NCBI GenBank assembly: GCA_963794695.1
Contig: CAWCFJ010000008.1
Coordinates: forward strand, 435,590-499,589
Direction of reading: 5' to 3'
DNA from: an uncultured Actinomycetes bacterium
Lineage (GTDB): Bacteria > Actinomycetota > Thermoleophilia > Gaiellales > JALYLC01
Length of the DNA stretch: 64,000 bases
The position numbers and the translations under genes were made by a program. Shown here in pieces: positions 47,791-62,500 of this stretch. Below the pieces are notes generated by a model. The model was not told the origin of the DNA. It did no database searches and saw nothing but the letters and a program-made list of their open reading frames with translations. The first letter of the stretch is position 1. Each line of letters begins with the position of its first letter.

Positions 47791-49188
47791 ATCGCCCTGC
47801 ACCTGCGCCCCCACCTCCCTCTGCCGGCCGCGCTCGGCGCCGCCCGCCTGGCCGGCTCGCTGTCCCGTGCGGCGGGCCGCGGCGGCGGCACGACCCTGCC
47901 CGGACGCGTCCTCCTGGCCCTCGACCCGGACGCGCCCGAGCGGCTCGCCGCCCGCCTCCCGCTGGGCGCCGCGGTCGTCTCGGCGACCAACGGCAAGACC
48001 ACGACCTGCGCGATGGCCGCCGCGATCCTGCAGCCCGAGCTGCCGCTGTGCCACAACGCCGCCGGCGCGAACCTCCTGTCCGGGGTGAGCGCGGCGCTGC
48101 TCGAGGGCAACGGCGACTGCCTGCTCGGCCTGTTCGAGACCGACGAGGCCGCCCTCCCCGAGGTCGTCCGCCGGGTCGGGCCGCACACCGTGGCCCTGGG
48201 GAACCTGTTCCGCGACCAGCTCGACCGCTACGGCGAGCTCGAGCTGGTGGCCGAGCGCTGGCGCGAGCTCGTCGCCGGGCTCCCCGAGAGCTCGCTGCTG
48301 ATCGCCTGCGCCGACGACCCGATCGCCGCCGACCTCTCCGAGAGCACGCCCGGCGCGACGCTGCGCTACGGGATCGACGACCCGGCGCTCGGGCTGCCCG
48401 AGCTGCAGCACGCGGCCGACTCGCGCTGGTGCGTGCGCTGCGGCCACGCCTACGGCTACGCCACCGTGTACTTCGGACACCTCGGCGACTACCGCTGCCC
48501 GAGCTGCGGCCACGGCCGGCCGCCGCTCGACATCGCGGCCCGCAGCGTCGAGCTGCTCGGCCTCGACGCGACGGCCTTCGAGCTCGTCACCCCGGTCGGC
48601 ACCGCCCGCGTGCGGCTCGCCCTCCCCGGGCTGTACAACGTCTACAACGCGCTCGCGGCGGCGTCGCTGTGCCTGTCGCTCGGCGCGCCGCTCGACGAGA
48701 TCCGGATCGGGCTCGGCCGGTTCCGCTCGGCCTTCGGCCGCTTCCAGCGGATCGCCCTCGACGACCGCCGGGCCGTGATGCTGCTGGTCAAGAACCCCGC
48801 CGGCGCGAACGAGGCGCTGCGCACGTTGCGCGGCGCCGACGGCGAGCTCACGGCGCTGGTCGCCCTGAACGACCGCATCGCCGACGGCCGCGACGTCTCC
48901 TGGATCTGGGACGTCGACTGGGAGGCCTTCGCCGGGTCGCTGGGCCAGGTCGTGGTCGCGGGTACCCGGGCGGACGACATGGCCCTGCGCCTCAAGTACG
49001 CGGGCGTGCCGGCCGAGCGGCTGCACGTCGAGCGCGACCTCGTGCGGGCCTTCGACCGCACCCTCGAGCTCACCGGCCCCGACGGCACCGCCTACCTCCT
49101 GCCGACCTACACCGCCATGCTCGAGCTGCAGCGGGTCGTCGCCGGCCGCGGCCTGGTCAAGCCCTACTGGGAGGAGTCCGCGACGTGA
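47791..49188 (+). CDS. murT: Lipid II amidotransferase subunit MurT (Mur ligase + DUF1727)
   Basis: GGGTTLPG, ATNGKTTT, NLFRDQLDRYGE, CxxC-CxxC, KNPAG, DVSWIWD, PTYTAM. Confidence 0.9.
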   Translation: MALHLRPHLPLPAALGAARLAGSLSRAAGRGGGTTLPGRVLLALDPDAPERLAARLPLGAAVVSATNGKTTTCAMAAAILQPELPLCHNAAGANLLSGVSAALLEGNGDCLLGLFETDEAALPEVVRRVGPHTVALGNLFRDQLDRYGELELVAERWRELVAGLPESSLLIACADDPIAADLSESTPGATLRYGIDDPALGLPELQHAADSRWCVRCGHAYGYATVYFGHLGDYRCPSCGHGRPPLDIAARSVELLGLDATAFELVTPVGTARVRLALPGLYNVYNALAAASLCLSLGAPLDEIRIGLGRFRSAFGRFQRIALDDRRAVMLLVKNPAGANEALRTLRGADGELTALVALNDRIADGRDVSWIWDVDWEAFAGSLGQVVVAGTRADDMALRLKYAGVPAERLHVERDLVRAFDRTLELTGPDGTAYLLPTYTAMLELQRVVAGRGLVKPYWEESAT

Positions 49189-49919
49189 GGCTCGTGCTCT
49201 GCCAGCTCTACCCGGCGCACCTCTCGATCTACGCCGACCGCGGCAACGTCCAGGTGCTGCGCCAGCGCTGCGCCTGGCGTGGGATCGAGCTCGTCGAGCG
49301 CCCGCTCGAGCTCGGCGGCACGCTCGAGCCGGACGGCGCCGACCTGTACCTGATCGGCGGCGGCCAGGACCGCGACCAGGTGCTCGTCGCCGAGGACCTG
49401 CAGCGCCAGCGCGCCGCCCTGCACGCCGCCGTGGAGCGCGGCGCGGCGGTGCTCGCGGTGTGCGGCGGCTACCAGCTGCTCGGCCATCGCTACCGCGGCC
49501 ACCAGGGCGACGAGATCCCCGGCATCGGCCTCGTCGACCTCGAGACCGTGGCCGGCGAGCAGCGGATGATCGGGAACATCCTGTGCACCTGCGACCTCGA
49601 CGACGGCTCGGGGCCGCGCCAGCTCGTCGGGTTCGAGAACCACGCCGGCCGCACGCTGCTCGGGCCGGAGGTCACGCCGCTGGCCCGGGTCGTGGCCGGA
49701 CACGGCAACGACGGCGAGTCCGGCTACGAGGGCGTCCGCCACGGACGCATCGTCGGGACGTACATCCACGGCCCGCTGCTGCCGAAGAACCCGTGGCTCG
49801 CGGACTGGCTGATCGTCAAGGCGCTCGAGCGGACGCACGGGATCGTGCAGCTCGAGCCGCTCGACGACGCGCTCGAGCGGCGGGCCGCCGACAGCGCCGC
49901 GCGCATCGCCCGCGCCTGA
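49185..49919 (+). CDS. gatD: Glutamine amidotransferase GatD (CobQ-like)
   Basis: YADRGN, GGGQD, VCGGYQLLG, GFENH, TYIHGPLLPKN. Confidence 0.92.
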   Translation: MRLVLCQLYPAHLSIYADRGNVQVLRQRCAWRGIELVERPLELGGTLEPDGADLYLIGGGQDRDQVLVAEDLQRQRAALHAAVERGAAVLAVCGGYQLLGHRYRGHQGDEIPGIGLVDLETVAGEQRMIGNILCTCDLDDGSGPRQLVGFENHAGRTLLGPEVTPLARVVAGHGNDGESGYEGVRHGRIVGTYIHGPLLPKNPWLADWLIVKALERTHGIVQLEPLDDALERRAADSAARIARA

Positions 49920-49924
49920 GCGCG

Positions 49925-50728
49925 TGCCACGCCCTCCCCCGCGCCGTGCTCGCGGCCTTCGGCGCGGACGCCCCGGCCGTGCCGCTCGCCGGCGGACAGG
50001 GCACCACCTGGCGCGCCGGCTGCGGTGGTGCTGAAGCCGCTCGACCGCCGCCCGGAGGAGCTGGCCTACGAGGCGCGCCTGCTCGCGCGGGTGCGCGAGG
50101 GCGAGGGCTTCCGGCTGGCCCGGCCGCTGCGCGCCGCGGGCGGCGCGCTGGTGGTCGACGGCTGGTGCGCCACGGCGTTCGCCGAGGGCCGGCACGAGCC
50201 GGGGCGCTGGCTGGACGTCGTCGCGGCCGGCGAGCGGCTGCACGCGGCGCTCGCGCGGCGAGCAGCGTCCGGCGCTGCTCGACCGGCGCAGCGACCGCTG
50301 GGCGATCGCCGACCGGGTGGCCTTCGGCGAGCTCGACGCGCCCGTGCGCGACCCGCTGGTCGACCGGCTGCTGGCGGCCCGCCGGCCGCTGCGCGCGCCG
50401 TCGCAGCTGGTGCACGGCGACCTGACCGGCAACGTGCTGTTCGCCGAGGGCCTGCCGCCGGCGATCCTCGACCTCTCGCTGTACTTGCGGCCGACCGGCT
50501 TCGCCACCGCCGTGGTGCTCGCCGACGCCCTCCTCTTCGAGGGCGCCGGCGAGGAGCTCGCGGCCGAGCTCGCCCACGTGGACGAGCTCGGCCAGCTGCT
50601 GGTGCGGGCGCTGCTCTTCCGGCTGGTCACCGACCGGCTGGCCCGCGGACGAGCCCGTCGCGCCGTCCTACGCGACCGCCGTCGAGCTCGCGCTGCGGAT
50701 CACGGCAGACGATCGCCCTGCCCGATGA
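49925..50728 (+). CDS. APH-like phosphotransferase, frameshifted
   Basis: LAGGQGT, VLKP, HGDLTGNVLF, ILDLS. Confidence 0.75.
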
Positions 50729-54431
<3,703 letters not shown>

Positions 54432-54439
54432 CGTTGGGT

Positions 54440-54988
54440 CTACCCCGCCGGCGGTGGGCTGATTCCGCCGGCCGACGCTGCCTCTGCCAGGGCCTCGACC
54501 AGCGCCTCGGGCCGGGCGCTGGCGACGTCCAGGTCGAGACCGCGGTGGTCTCGCTCGATCCGCACCATCCCCAGCCCGTCGACCGGCAGGTCCCAGACGC
54601 GGCGGCCGGCGTGGCCCCACGAGAGCCCCCAGCCCTGCAGGCTGCGCTTCTGCCCGGCCGGGTGCAGGACGCGGGCCCGGCGCACCGTCGAGAGCGGCAC
54701 ACGGGTGCTGCGTTCGGCCTGCGCCACGACCAGGTCGTCGGGGTCGACCGTGACCACGATCGGCTGGCTGCGGCGGGGCGCGAGCGGCCAGCCGAAGACC
54801 AGGAGCGCGGCGCCGATGCCGAGGATCCAGTCGACGATCGTCGGCAGCCCGATCACGAAGGCGCACACCACGGTGACGATGACCAGCGTCCAGGCGGCGG
54901 CGAAGACCCGCGACGCCGGCCGCCACAGCCGGGCCGACGACGAGACCCGGCCGAGCGCGATCTCCTCGCGGAACGTCGGCTCGCTCAT
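54440..54988 (-). CDS. Hypothetical membrane protein (2 TM helices + soluble domain)
   Basis: ATGA overlap with the NUDIX gene; two hydrophobic helices. Confidence 0.6.
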   Translation of the reverse strand: MSEPTFREEIALGRVSSSARLWRPASRVFAAAWTLVIVTVVCAFVIGLPTIVDWILGIGAALLVFGWPLAPRRSQPIVVTVDPDDLVVAQAERSTRVPLSTVRRARVLHPAGQKRSLQGWGLSWGHAGRRVWDLPVDGLGMVRIERDHRGLDLDVASARPEALVEALAEAASAGGISPPPAG

Positions 54989-55440
54989 GCGGACCACACC
55001 GAGCCGAGGTACACGAACGGGTCGCCCGGCCGCCAGCGCTCGACGAACCGCTGGATCGGCGGGCGCAGGTCGGTCTCCCCCAGCTCGTCGAGCTGGAACA
55101 GGCGCAGGTTGCGGATCGATCCATCGCCGGCCGCGAGCTGGTCGAGGCCGCGTTCGGGCAGCTCGCCCGAGAACACGACGTGGACGATGTGCCGGCGCGA
55201 GCCCGAGCCGCCGGGGGCGATCGACTCGACGATGGCGATGGGCCCGACCAGGGTCACCTCCTCGAGGTCGACCTCCTCCTGCAGCTCGCGGCCGAGCGCG
55301 TCGATCAGCGTCTCGCCGCCCTCCACCCCGCCGCCCGGCAGGAGCCAGTACGGGCGGCCGAGCTTCTCCTGGCGGACCAGGAGCACGTGGCGGCCGCGGT
55401 GCAGCAGCGCCGACACCCGCAGGCGCGGAGGCTCGTGCAT
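54985..55440 (-). CDS. NUDIX hydrolase
   Basis: PGGGVEGGETLIDALGRELQEEVDL. Confidence 0.88.
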   Translation of the reverse strand: MHEPPRLRVSALLHRGRHVLLVRQEKLGRPYWLLPGGGVEGGETLIDALGRELQEEVDLEEVTLVGPIAIVESIAPGGSGSRRHIVHVVFSGELPERGLDQLAAGDGSIRNLRLFQLDELGETDLRPPIQRFVERWRPGDPFVYLGSVWSA

Positions 55441-55915
55441 CAGGCGGGTCTTCCCGCGAGCCCGCTCGAGCCGAACCCGCGCGTCCCGCGCTGCGAGCCG
55501 GCCAGCGCATCGACCAGCTCGAGCTGCACGGCCGGCAGCGGCAGCACCAGGAGCTGGGCGACGCGCATCCCCTGCTCGACGGCGAACGGCTCGCGGTCGG
55601 TGTTGTGCACGAACCACCTGCAGCTCGCCCCGGTAGCCGGCGTCGATCAGCCCGGGCGCGTTCAGCAGCGTGATGCCGTGGCGCGCGGCCAGGCCCGAGC
55701 GGGGCAGGACGAGGGCGCAGCTTCGCTCGGGGAGCTCGATGGCGACCCCGGTCGGGACGGTGGCCCGGCCGCCCGGCTCGACCATCGCCGGCTCGGCGGC
55801 GGACAGGTCGAAGGCGGCGTCGTGCTCGTAGGCCCGCTCCGGCAGCACGGCGTGCGGCCGCACGCGGACGAGGCGCACCCGGAGCGGGGCGCCGTCCTCG
55901 GCGCCGGCTGGTCAT
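55440..55915 (-). CDS. dut: dUTPase, frameshifted
   Basis: AAFDL, PRSGLA, GLIDAGYRGE, RIAQL-like, RGFGSSG. Confidence 0.9.
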
Positions 55916-57233
55916 GCCCCGCGCTGCTCCTCGCGCGCGGCCTTGCGTCGCGGGCGTCGGCGCGACCCGGAACGCCGCGTAGCGCTCGATCAGGCCGAGC
56001 GGGCAGGTGGGCCCGGATGCGCACGCCCTCGGGCTCGTCCTCGCGCTCGATCGGCGAGCCGAGCGCGTACAGCTGGGCCAGGAGCGCGCCCTCGTCGTGC
56101 GGCACGAGCAGCTCGACCCGCTCGAAGCGTCCGGCGAAGTGCTCGCCGATGCGCGCGCGCAGGACGTCCAGGTTCTCGCCCGTGCGGGCCGACACCAGCA
56201 CCGCGTCGGGCGCCCGGTTCAGCAGGCGCCGGCGGGCGACCTCGTCGCAGCGGTCGATCTTGTTCAGCACCAGGAGGCGCGGGATCTGGTCGGCGCCGAT
56301 CTCGTGCAGCACCGTCTCGACGGCGGCCTGCTGGACGCCCAGCTCGTCCTCGTCGGCCGAGGCGTCGGCGACGAGCAGGATCAGGTCACCCGCGAGGGTC
56401 TCCTCGAGGGTCGACGCGAAGGCCTCGACCAGGCCGTGCGGCAGCTTGCGGATGAAGCCCACGGTGTCGGTCACGACGTAGGCCCGTCCGAGGTGCTCGA
56501 ACGCCCGGGTCGTCGGATCGAGGGTCTCGAAGAGCCGGTTGGCGGACGAGACCTCGGCGCCCGTGAGGGCGTTCAGCAGGGTCGACTTGCCCACGTTCGT
56601 GTAGCCGGCCAGGGCGACCGACGGCAGCGTCTCGCGCGAGCGCTCCTGGCGGATCCGGGCCCGGTGGGCCTGCAGCCGCGACAGCCGCCGCTTGAGCAGC
56701 GCGATCCGGTCGCGGGCCAGGCGACGGTCGGTCTCGAGCTGGCTCTCGCCCGGGCCGCGGGTGCCGATGCCGCCGCCGAGGCGCTCGAGGTGCTTCCACA
56801 TGCCCCGCATGCGCAGGAGGTTGTACTGCAGCTGGGCGAGCTCGACCTGGAGCTTGCCCGCGTCGCTGCGGGCGTGGTCGGCGAAGATGTCGAGGATCAC
56901 GGCGGTGCGGTCGATCACCCGCATCTGCAGGGCGTCCTCGAGGTGGCGCTGCTGGCTCGGAGAGAGCTCGTCCTCGGTCACCACGACCTCGCCGCCGACA
57001 CGCTCGACGGTCTCCTTCACCTCCTCGACCTTGCCCTTCCCGACGTAGGTACGGCGGTCGGGGCGGTCGCGGTGCTGCACCACGGTGGCCGCGATGTCGG
57101 CGTGGGCCGTCCGCAGGAGCTCGCGCAGCTCCTCGGTCTCGCGCCCGGGATCGGTGCCCTGCGGCAGGACCGCGACGATCACCGCGCGTTCGGGCTGGTT
57201 CGGGTTCGGCCGCTCGCTGGATCTGTCTCGCAC
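55912..57233 (-). CDS. hflX: GTPase HflX
   Basis: GIGTRGPGE, GYTNVGKST, DTVGFI, NKID, SA. Confidence 0.95.
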
Positions 57234-57246
57234 CGCTGCAGGATAG

Positions 57247-58422
57247 TCAGGCGGCGGCCGTCGTCGAGAGGTGCGGCGCCAGCCGCTCCATCGCCTCGAC
57301 CAGCCGCTCGTCACAAACGGTGAGGGAGAGCCGCACGTAGCCCTCCCCGCTCGGGCCGTACGCCGTGCCCGGTCCGACCACCACGCCGCTCTCCGTCAGG
57401 ACCCGTTCGGCGTACGCGGCCGAGGTCGTGCCGGGCGGGATCGGCATCCACAGGTAGAGCGAGCCGCGCGGCGGCTCGACGTGCACCCCGTGGGCCGCGA
57501 GGGCCGCGACGGCGAGGTCGCGGCGGCGGGCGTAGACCTCGCTCATCCGCCGCGAGAACGCCGGAACGAGCTCGAACGCCCGGATCGCGGTGCGCTGCAC
57601 GGCCTCGAACATGCCCGAGTCGACGTGGGTCTTCAGCTTGGTCAGGGTTGCGACCATCTCGGCGTTGCCCACCGCGAACGCCACCCGCCAGCCCGGCATG
57701 TTCAGGGCCTTCGACAGCGACAGCACCTCGATCCCGGCGTCCTTCGCGCCAGGCGCCGCCAGGAAGCTCGTGGCCCGAAAGCCGTCGTAGGTGATCTCGG
57801 CGTAGGCGTTGTCGTGGCAGATCGGGACGCCGCGCTCGAGCCCGAACGCCGCCAGCCGCTCGAAGAACGCCGGCTCCGCGACGGCGCCGGTGGGGTTGTT
57901 CGGGTAGCCGCACAGCAGGAGGTTGGCCCGCTCGGCGTCCCGCCGGTCGATGCCGTCGAGATCCGGCAGGAAGCCGTGCTCGGCGCGCAGCGGCAGCCGC
58001 ACCGGCTCCGCCCCGGCCAGCGTCGGGCCGCCGGCGTACACCGGGTAGCCGGGGTCGGCGATCAGCGCGGCGTCGCCGGGGTCGAGCTGGGCCAGGCACA
58101 GGTGCGCCAGCCCCTCCTTGGCCCCGAGCAGCGGGACGACCTCGCGCTCGGGGTCGACCTCCACGCCGAAGCGGGTGGCGTAGTAGCGGGCCACCGCCTC
58201 GCGCAGCTCGGGCAGGCCGCGGTTCGTCGGGTAGCCGTGGGTGTCGGCGCGCCGGACGTTCTCGTACAGGGCCTCGGCGAGCTCCTCCGGCGGGTCCAGG
58301 TCCGGGTCGCCGATCCCCAGCGAGATGACGTCGATGCCCCGGGCGCGCGCCTCGGCCACCTTTCGGGCGAGCTGGGCCGCGAGGTACTCGGGCAGCGCGT
58401 CGAGGCGGCGAGCGTGGCGCAA
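57247..58422 (-). CDS. Class I/II aminotransferase of DAP synthesis (DapL/DapC-like)
   Basis: SLGIGDPD, GAKEG, YPNNPTG, DNAY, SLSK..NMPGWR; located among dap genes. Confidence 0.85.
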   Translation of the reverse strand: MRHARRLDALPEYLAAQLARKVAEARARGIDVISLGIGDPDLDPPEELAEALYENVRRADTHGYPTNRGLPELREAVARYYATRFGVEVDPEREVVPLLGAKEGLAHLCLAQLDPGDAALIADPGYPVYAGGPTLAGAEPVRLPLRAEHGFLPDLDGIDRRDAERANLLLCGYPNNPTGAVAEPAFFERLAAFGLERGVPICHDNAYAEITYDGFRATSFLAAPGAKDAGIEVLSLSKALNMPGWRVAFAVGNAEMVATLTKLKTHVDSGMFEAVQRTAIRAFELVPAFSRRMSEVYARRRDLAVAALAAHGVHVEPPRGSLYLWMPIPPGTTSAAYAERVLTESGVVVGPGTAYGPSGEGYVRLSLTVCDERLVEAMERLAPHLSTTAAA

Positions 58423-58439
58423 CGGAGTCGTTCTCCTGT

Positions 58440-59249
58440 CTAGGTGGCGGCGGTGAGGCGGTCGAGCAGCGCGGCCGACGCCTCGGCGGCGTAGACCTGC
58501 TCTGCCCGGCCGGCGAGCTCGAGCGCCAGGTCGGGGCCGACGGTGACCTCGACCTCGCCGCCGGGCATGGCCACGGCGACCGGGCTCTGGCAGCGGCCCG
58601 CGGTCACGACGGCGACGGCGGCGGCGCAGGCGCCCGAGCCGCAGGCCTGGGTCTCGCCCACGCCGCGTTCCCAGACGCGCATCCGCACCCGGTGCGCGTC
58701 GGCCACCTGGACGACCTCGACGTTGGCCCGCTCGGGGAACCAGTGGTGGTGCTCGAGCTCCGGCCCCCGCTCGCTCAGCGGGTAGCCGCCGGGATCCTCG
58801 TCGACGAGCAGGACGCAGTGCGGGTTGCCGGTCGAGACGAAGCGGTGCGGGCCGGGCTCGGGCGCCCCGTCGGGCGCGTACTGGCGTCCGTCGAGCGTGG
58901 CCTGGCCCATCGTCACGGCGATCCGGCCGTCGTCCAGCCGGCGGGCCCGTCCGAGGCCCGCGCCGGTGTGGACCGTGAGCTCGTCGCGCCCCAGCCGCTC
59001 GGCCGCCCAGGCGCAGGCGATGCGGGTGCCGTTGCCCGAGATCTCGGCGACGCTCCCGTCGCGGTTGAGGACGACGACCTCGACGTCGGCCCGGCCCCCG
59101 AGCCGCACGTCGAGCACGCCGTCGGCTCCGAACCCGAGCGCGTCGTCGCACAGCAGCCGGGCGCGCGGCGCGGTCATGGGGAACGGCGCGTGCTCCCGCT
59201 CCCACAGCAGGAAGTGGTTGCCGAGCGCCTGCCACTTCTCGACCCGCAC
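58440..59249 (-). CDS. dapF: Diaminopimelate epimerase
   Basis: GNHF, GADG, SGNG, GNPH, NVE, ERGVGETQACGSG. Confidence 0.9.
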   Translation of the reverse strand: MRVEKWQALGNHFLLWEREHAPFPMTAPRARLLCDDALGFGADGVLDVRLGGRADVEVVVLNRDGSVAEISGNGTRIACAWAAERLGRDELTVHTGAGLGRARRLDDGRIAVTMGQATLDGRQYAPDGAPEPGPHRFVSTGNPHCVLLVDEDPGGYPLSERGPELEHHHWFPERANVEVVQVADAHRVRMRVWERGVGETQACGSGACAAAVAVVTAGRCQSPVAVAMPGGEVEVTVGPDLALELAGRAEQVYAAEASAALLDRLTAAT

Positions 59250-59272
59250 CCGACGGAGGGTAGCGGGACGGT

Positions 59273-59638
59273 CTAGTCCGAGCCGGGGTGGCGCAGGTTC
59301 GCGAGCCAGCTGTCCGATTCCATCGGGTCAGTGAACTGGCAGTGCACGATCAGGTCGTGCTCGGGATGCGGGCGCGTGGCCACGATGCGGGCGTACACGC
59401 CGCTGAGGCAGGGGTCGCCGCTCGGGGTGTCGATGCGCACCTCGATGATGTCCCCCGGGCGGACCGGCTTCGAGCTCGCGAAGGCCACGCCGCCGCGGGA
59501 GGCGTCGATCAGCTGGCCCTCGAGCGCGCCCGACTGCAGGCCGGCGCTCTGGGTCATCGAGCGCAGGAACAGGGGCGCCTCGGCCCGCACGCGGGGGAAG
59601 GCTCGGCGATCGGTCTGCTCTTCGAGTGCCGTGGACAT
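59273..59638 (-). CDS. Stand-alone PilZ-domain protein
   Basis: DRRAFPR and DASRGG c-di-GMP motifs; own -10 TAGCCT 7 nt upstream. Confidence 0.8.
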   Translation of the reverse strand: MSTALEEQTDRRAFPRVRAEAPLFLRSMTQSAGLQSGALEGQLIDASRGGVAFASSKPVRPGDIIEVRIDTPSGDPCLSGVYARIVATRPHPEHDLIVHCQFTDPMESDSWLANLRHPGSD

Positions 59639-59678
59639 GGGCGCCAGGCTATCCCCACCATCGCCTGCGTCGCAAACG

Positions 59679-60738
59679 TCACGAGACGCCAGGAAGCGGG
59701 TCAGCGCCCCGGCGACGGTGGCGATCGCCTGTCCGTCGACCCACTCGCCGGGCTGGTGCGCCTGGCCCGGCTCGCCGGGGCCGAAGTTCACGGCAGGGAT
59801 CCCGCGGGCCTGCAGCGTGGCCACGTCCGTCCAGGCCTGCTTGGGCTCGACCTGGACGCCGGACTGGGCCAGGAAGTCGCGCAGGATCGGGTCGGTCAGG
59901 TTCGGCGACGCCGGCGGGCTCTCGTCGACGATCCGCAGCTCGCCCTCGCCGGCGACCAGGCGCTCGAGCTCCGCGCGCACGCTCGCAACGTCGCGGCTCG
60001 GGGCAAAGCGCAGGTTCAGGCCGAGCACCAGCTCGTCGGGGACGACGTTGCGGGCCAGGCCGCCCTCGGCGCGGGTCACCGAGAGGGTGTCGTAGAACGT
60101 CAGCCCGTCGACCTGCACCGGCCGCACGGCGACCGTCGCCGCCCGGGCCAGGAACGGGACGGCCTTCAGGATCGCGTTCTCGCCCTCCCACGGGCGGGCG
60201 CTGTGGGCCGTCCGGCCGCGGAACACGACGTCGGCGTTGATCCCGCCGACGCAGCCGGCGTGCACCAGGCTGCGGGTCGGCTCGGCGACGAACGCGAACG
60301 GCGGCCGCCCGAGCAGCTCGGAGGCGTCGAGCAGGGCGTGGATCCCGTTCTCGTGGCTCGGGCCCTCCTCGCGGTCGTAGAACACCACGACCAGCGGGCG
60401 CCGCGCGGCGGCGGCCTCGAGCAGCACCGCGAGGATCGCCGCGTCGCCGCCCTTCATGTCCGCCGCGCCGCGGCCGACGACCCGCAGGCCGTCGCGGTAG
60501 GGCCGGTGGTCGGGCCACGGCGGCACGGTGTCGAGGTGGCCGACGAGCGCGATCGCCTCGGCGTCGGGCGGGCCGCTGCGGGCCACGATGCCGTTGCCGT
60601 GACGCTCGACCTGCACGCCCTCGATGGCCCGGACGCGGCCCTCCACGAAGTCGGCGGCGGCCTTCTCGTCCCCGGTGACGCTCGGGATCTCGACGAGCTC
60701 CAGGGCGAGCGCTGCGAGGGCGTCGGCGTCGAGGATGC

Positions 60739-60742
<4 letters not shown>
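59679..60742 (-). CDS. dapE: Succinyl-diaminopimelate desuccinylase
   Basis: GHLDTVP, GAADMKGG, REE, AHSARPW, WTDVA, PGQAH. Confidence 0.88.
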
Positions 60743-61541
<799 letters not shown>

Positions 61542-61545
<4 letters not shown>

Positions 61546-62456
61546 GCGATGCGGTCCAGGATCAGGTCGGCGTTGTGGTCGTCCCCGTCGGCTCCCGCGA
61601 GCGGGATCCGTCGCGGGATCTTACGGAGCCAGATGGTCTGGCGGCGCGCGTACTGGCGGGTGCGGACGAGCATCCGCTCCCGAGCCTCGGCCAGGGTGAC
61701 GCGCCCGAGGAGGTGCTCGCGCAGCTCGCGCAGGCCGAGGATCTGGCTCGCGGTGGTCGACGGCTCCACGCCGGAGTCGAGCAGCGCCCGCACCTCCGCG
61801 AGCGCGCCGCCGGCGAGCATGGCGTCGGTTCGCTGCTCGATCCGCTCGAGCAGGGCGGCCCGCTCCCACTCGAGGGTGAAGACGTGGGTCGGGAGGCGGG
61901 TGCTCGTCGGTCCACAGGCGCGTCCTCGTCCGGGTGCAGGCTGGCGCCGACGGCGTGCAGCTCGAGCGCCCGCACGACGCGCCGGCGGTCGTTCGGGTGG
62001 ACCGCGGCCGCGGCCCGGGCGTCGCGCTCGGAGAGGACGGCGTGGGCGGCCTCGGCGCCCTGCTCGTCGTACAGCCCCTCGAAGCGGCGCCGCAGCTCGT
62101 CGGGCACCGCGGGCGGCAGGGCCAGGTCGACCAGCGCGCCGCGCAGGTAGAGCCCGGTGCCGCCGGCGACGATCGCGAGCCTCCCCCGCGCCCGGACGGC
62201 GTCGATCGCCGCGTGGGCGAGCTCGGCGTACTCGCCGACGGAGCCGTCGTGGCCAATTGGCCAGCACGCCGACCAGGTGCTGCGGCGCGCGGGCCTCGTC
62301 CGCTGCCGTCGGCTGGGCGGTGAGCACCGGAAGCCCGCGGTACAGCTGCATCGCGTCGCACGAGACGATCTCGCCGCCGGCCCGCTCGGCCAGCCGCAGC
62401 GCGAGCGCGGACTTGCCGGCCGCGGTCGGGCCGAAGATCGCGACGACCGGTCGCAC
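61542..62456 (-). CDS. miaA: tRNA dimethylallyltransferase, frameshifted
   Basis: [36 protein letters not shown]. Confidence 0.93.
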
Positions 62457-62497
62457 GCCGTGGCCAATTGGCCGCGCGCCTCGTGGCCAATTGGCCA
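62247..62497. repeat. Three copies of the palindrome TGGCCAATTGGCC(A)
   Basis: Copies at 62247-62263, 62459-62473 and 62481-62497. Confidence 0.8.
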
Positions 62498-62500
62498 AGC

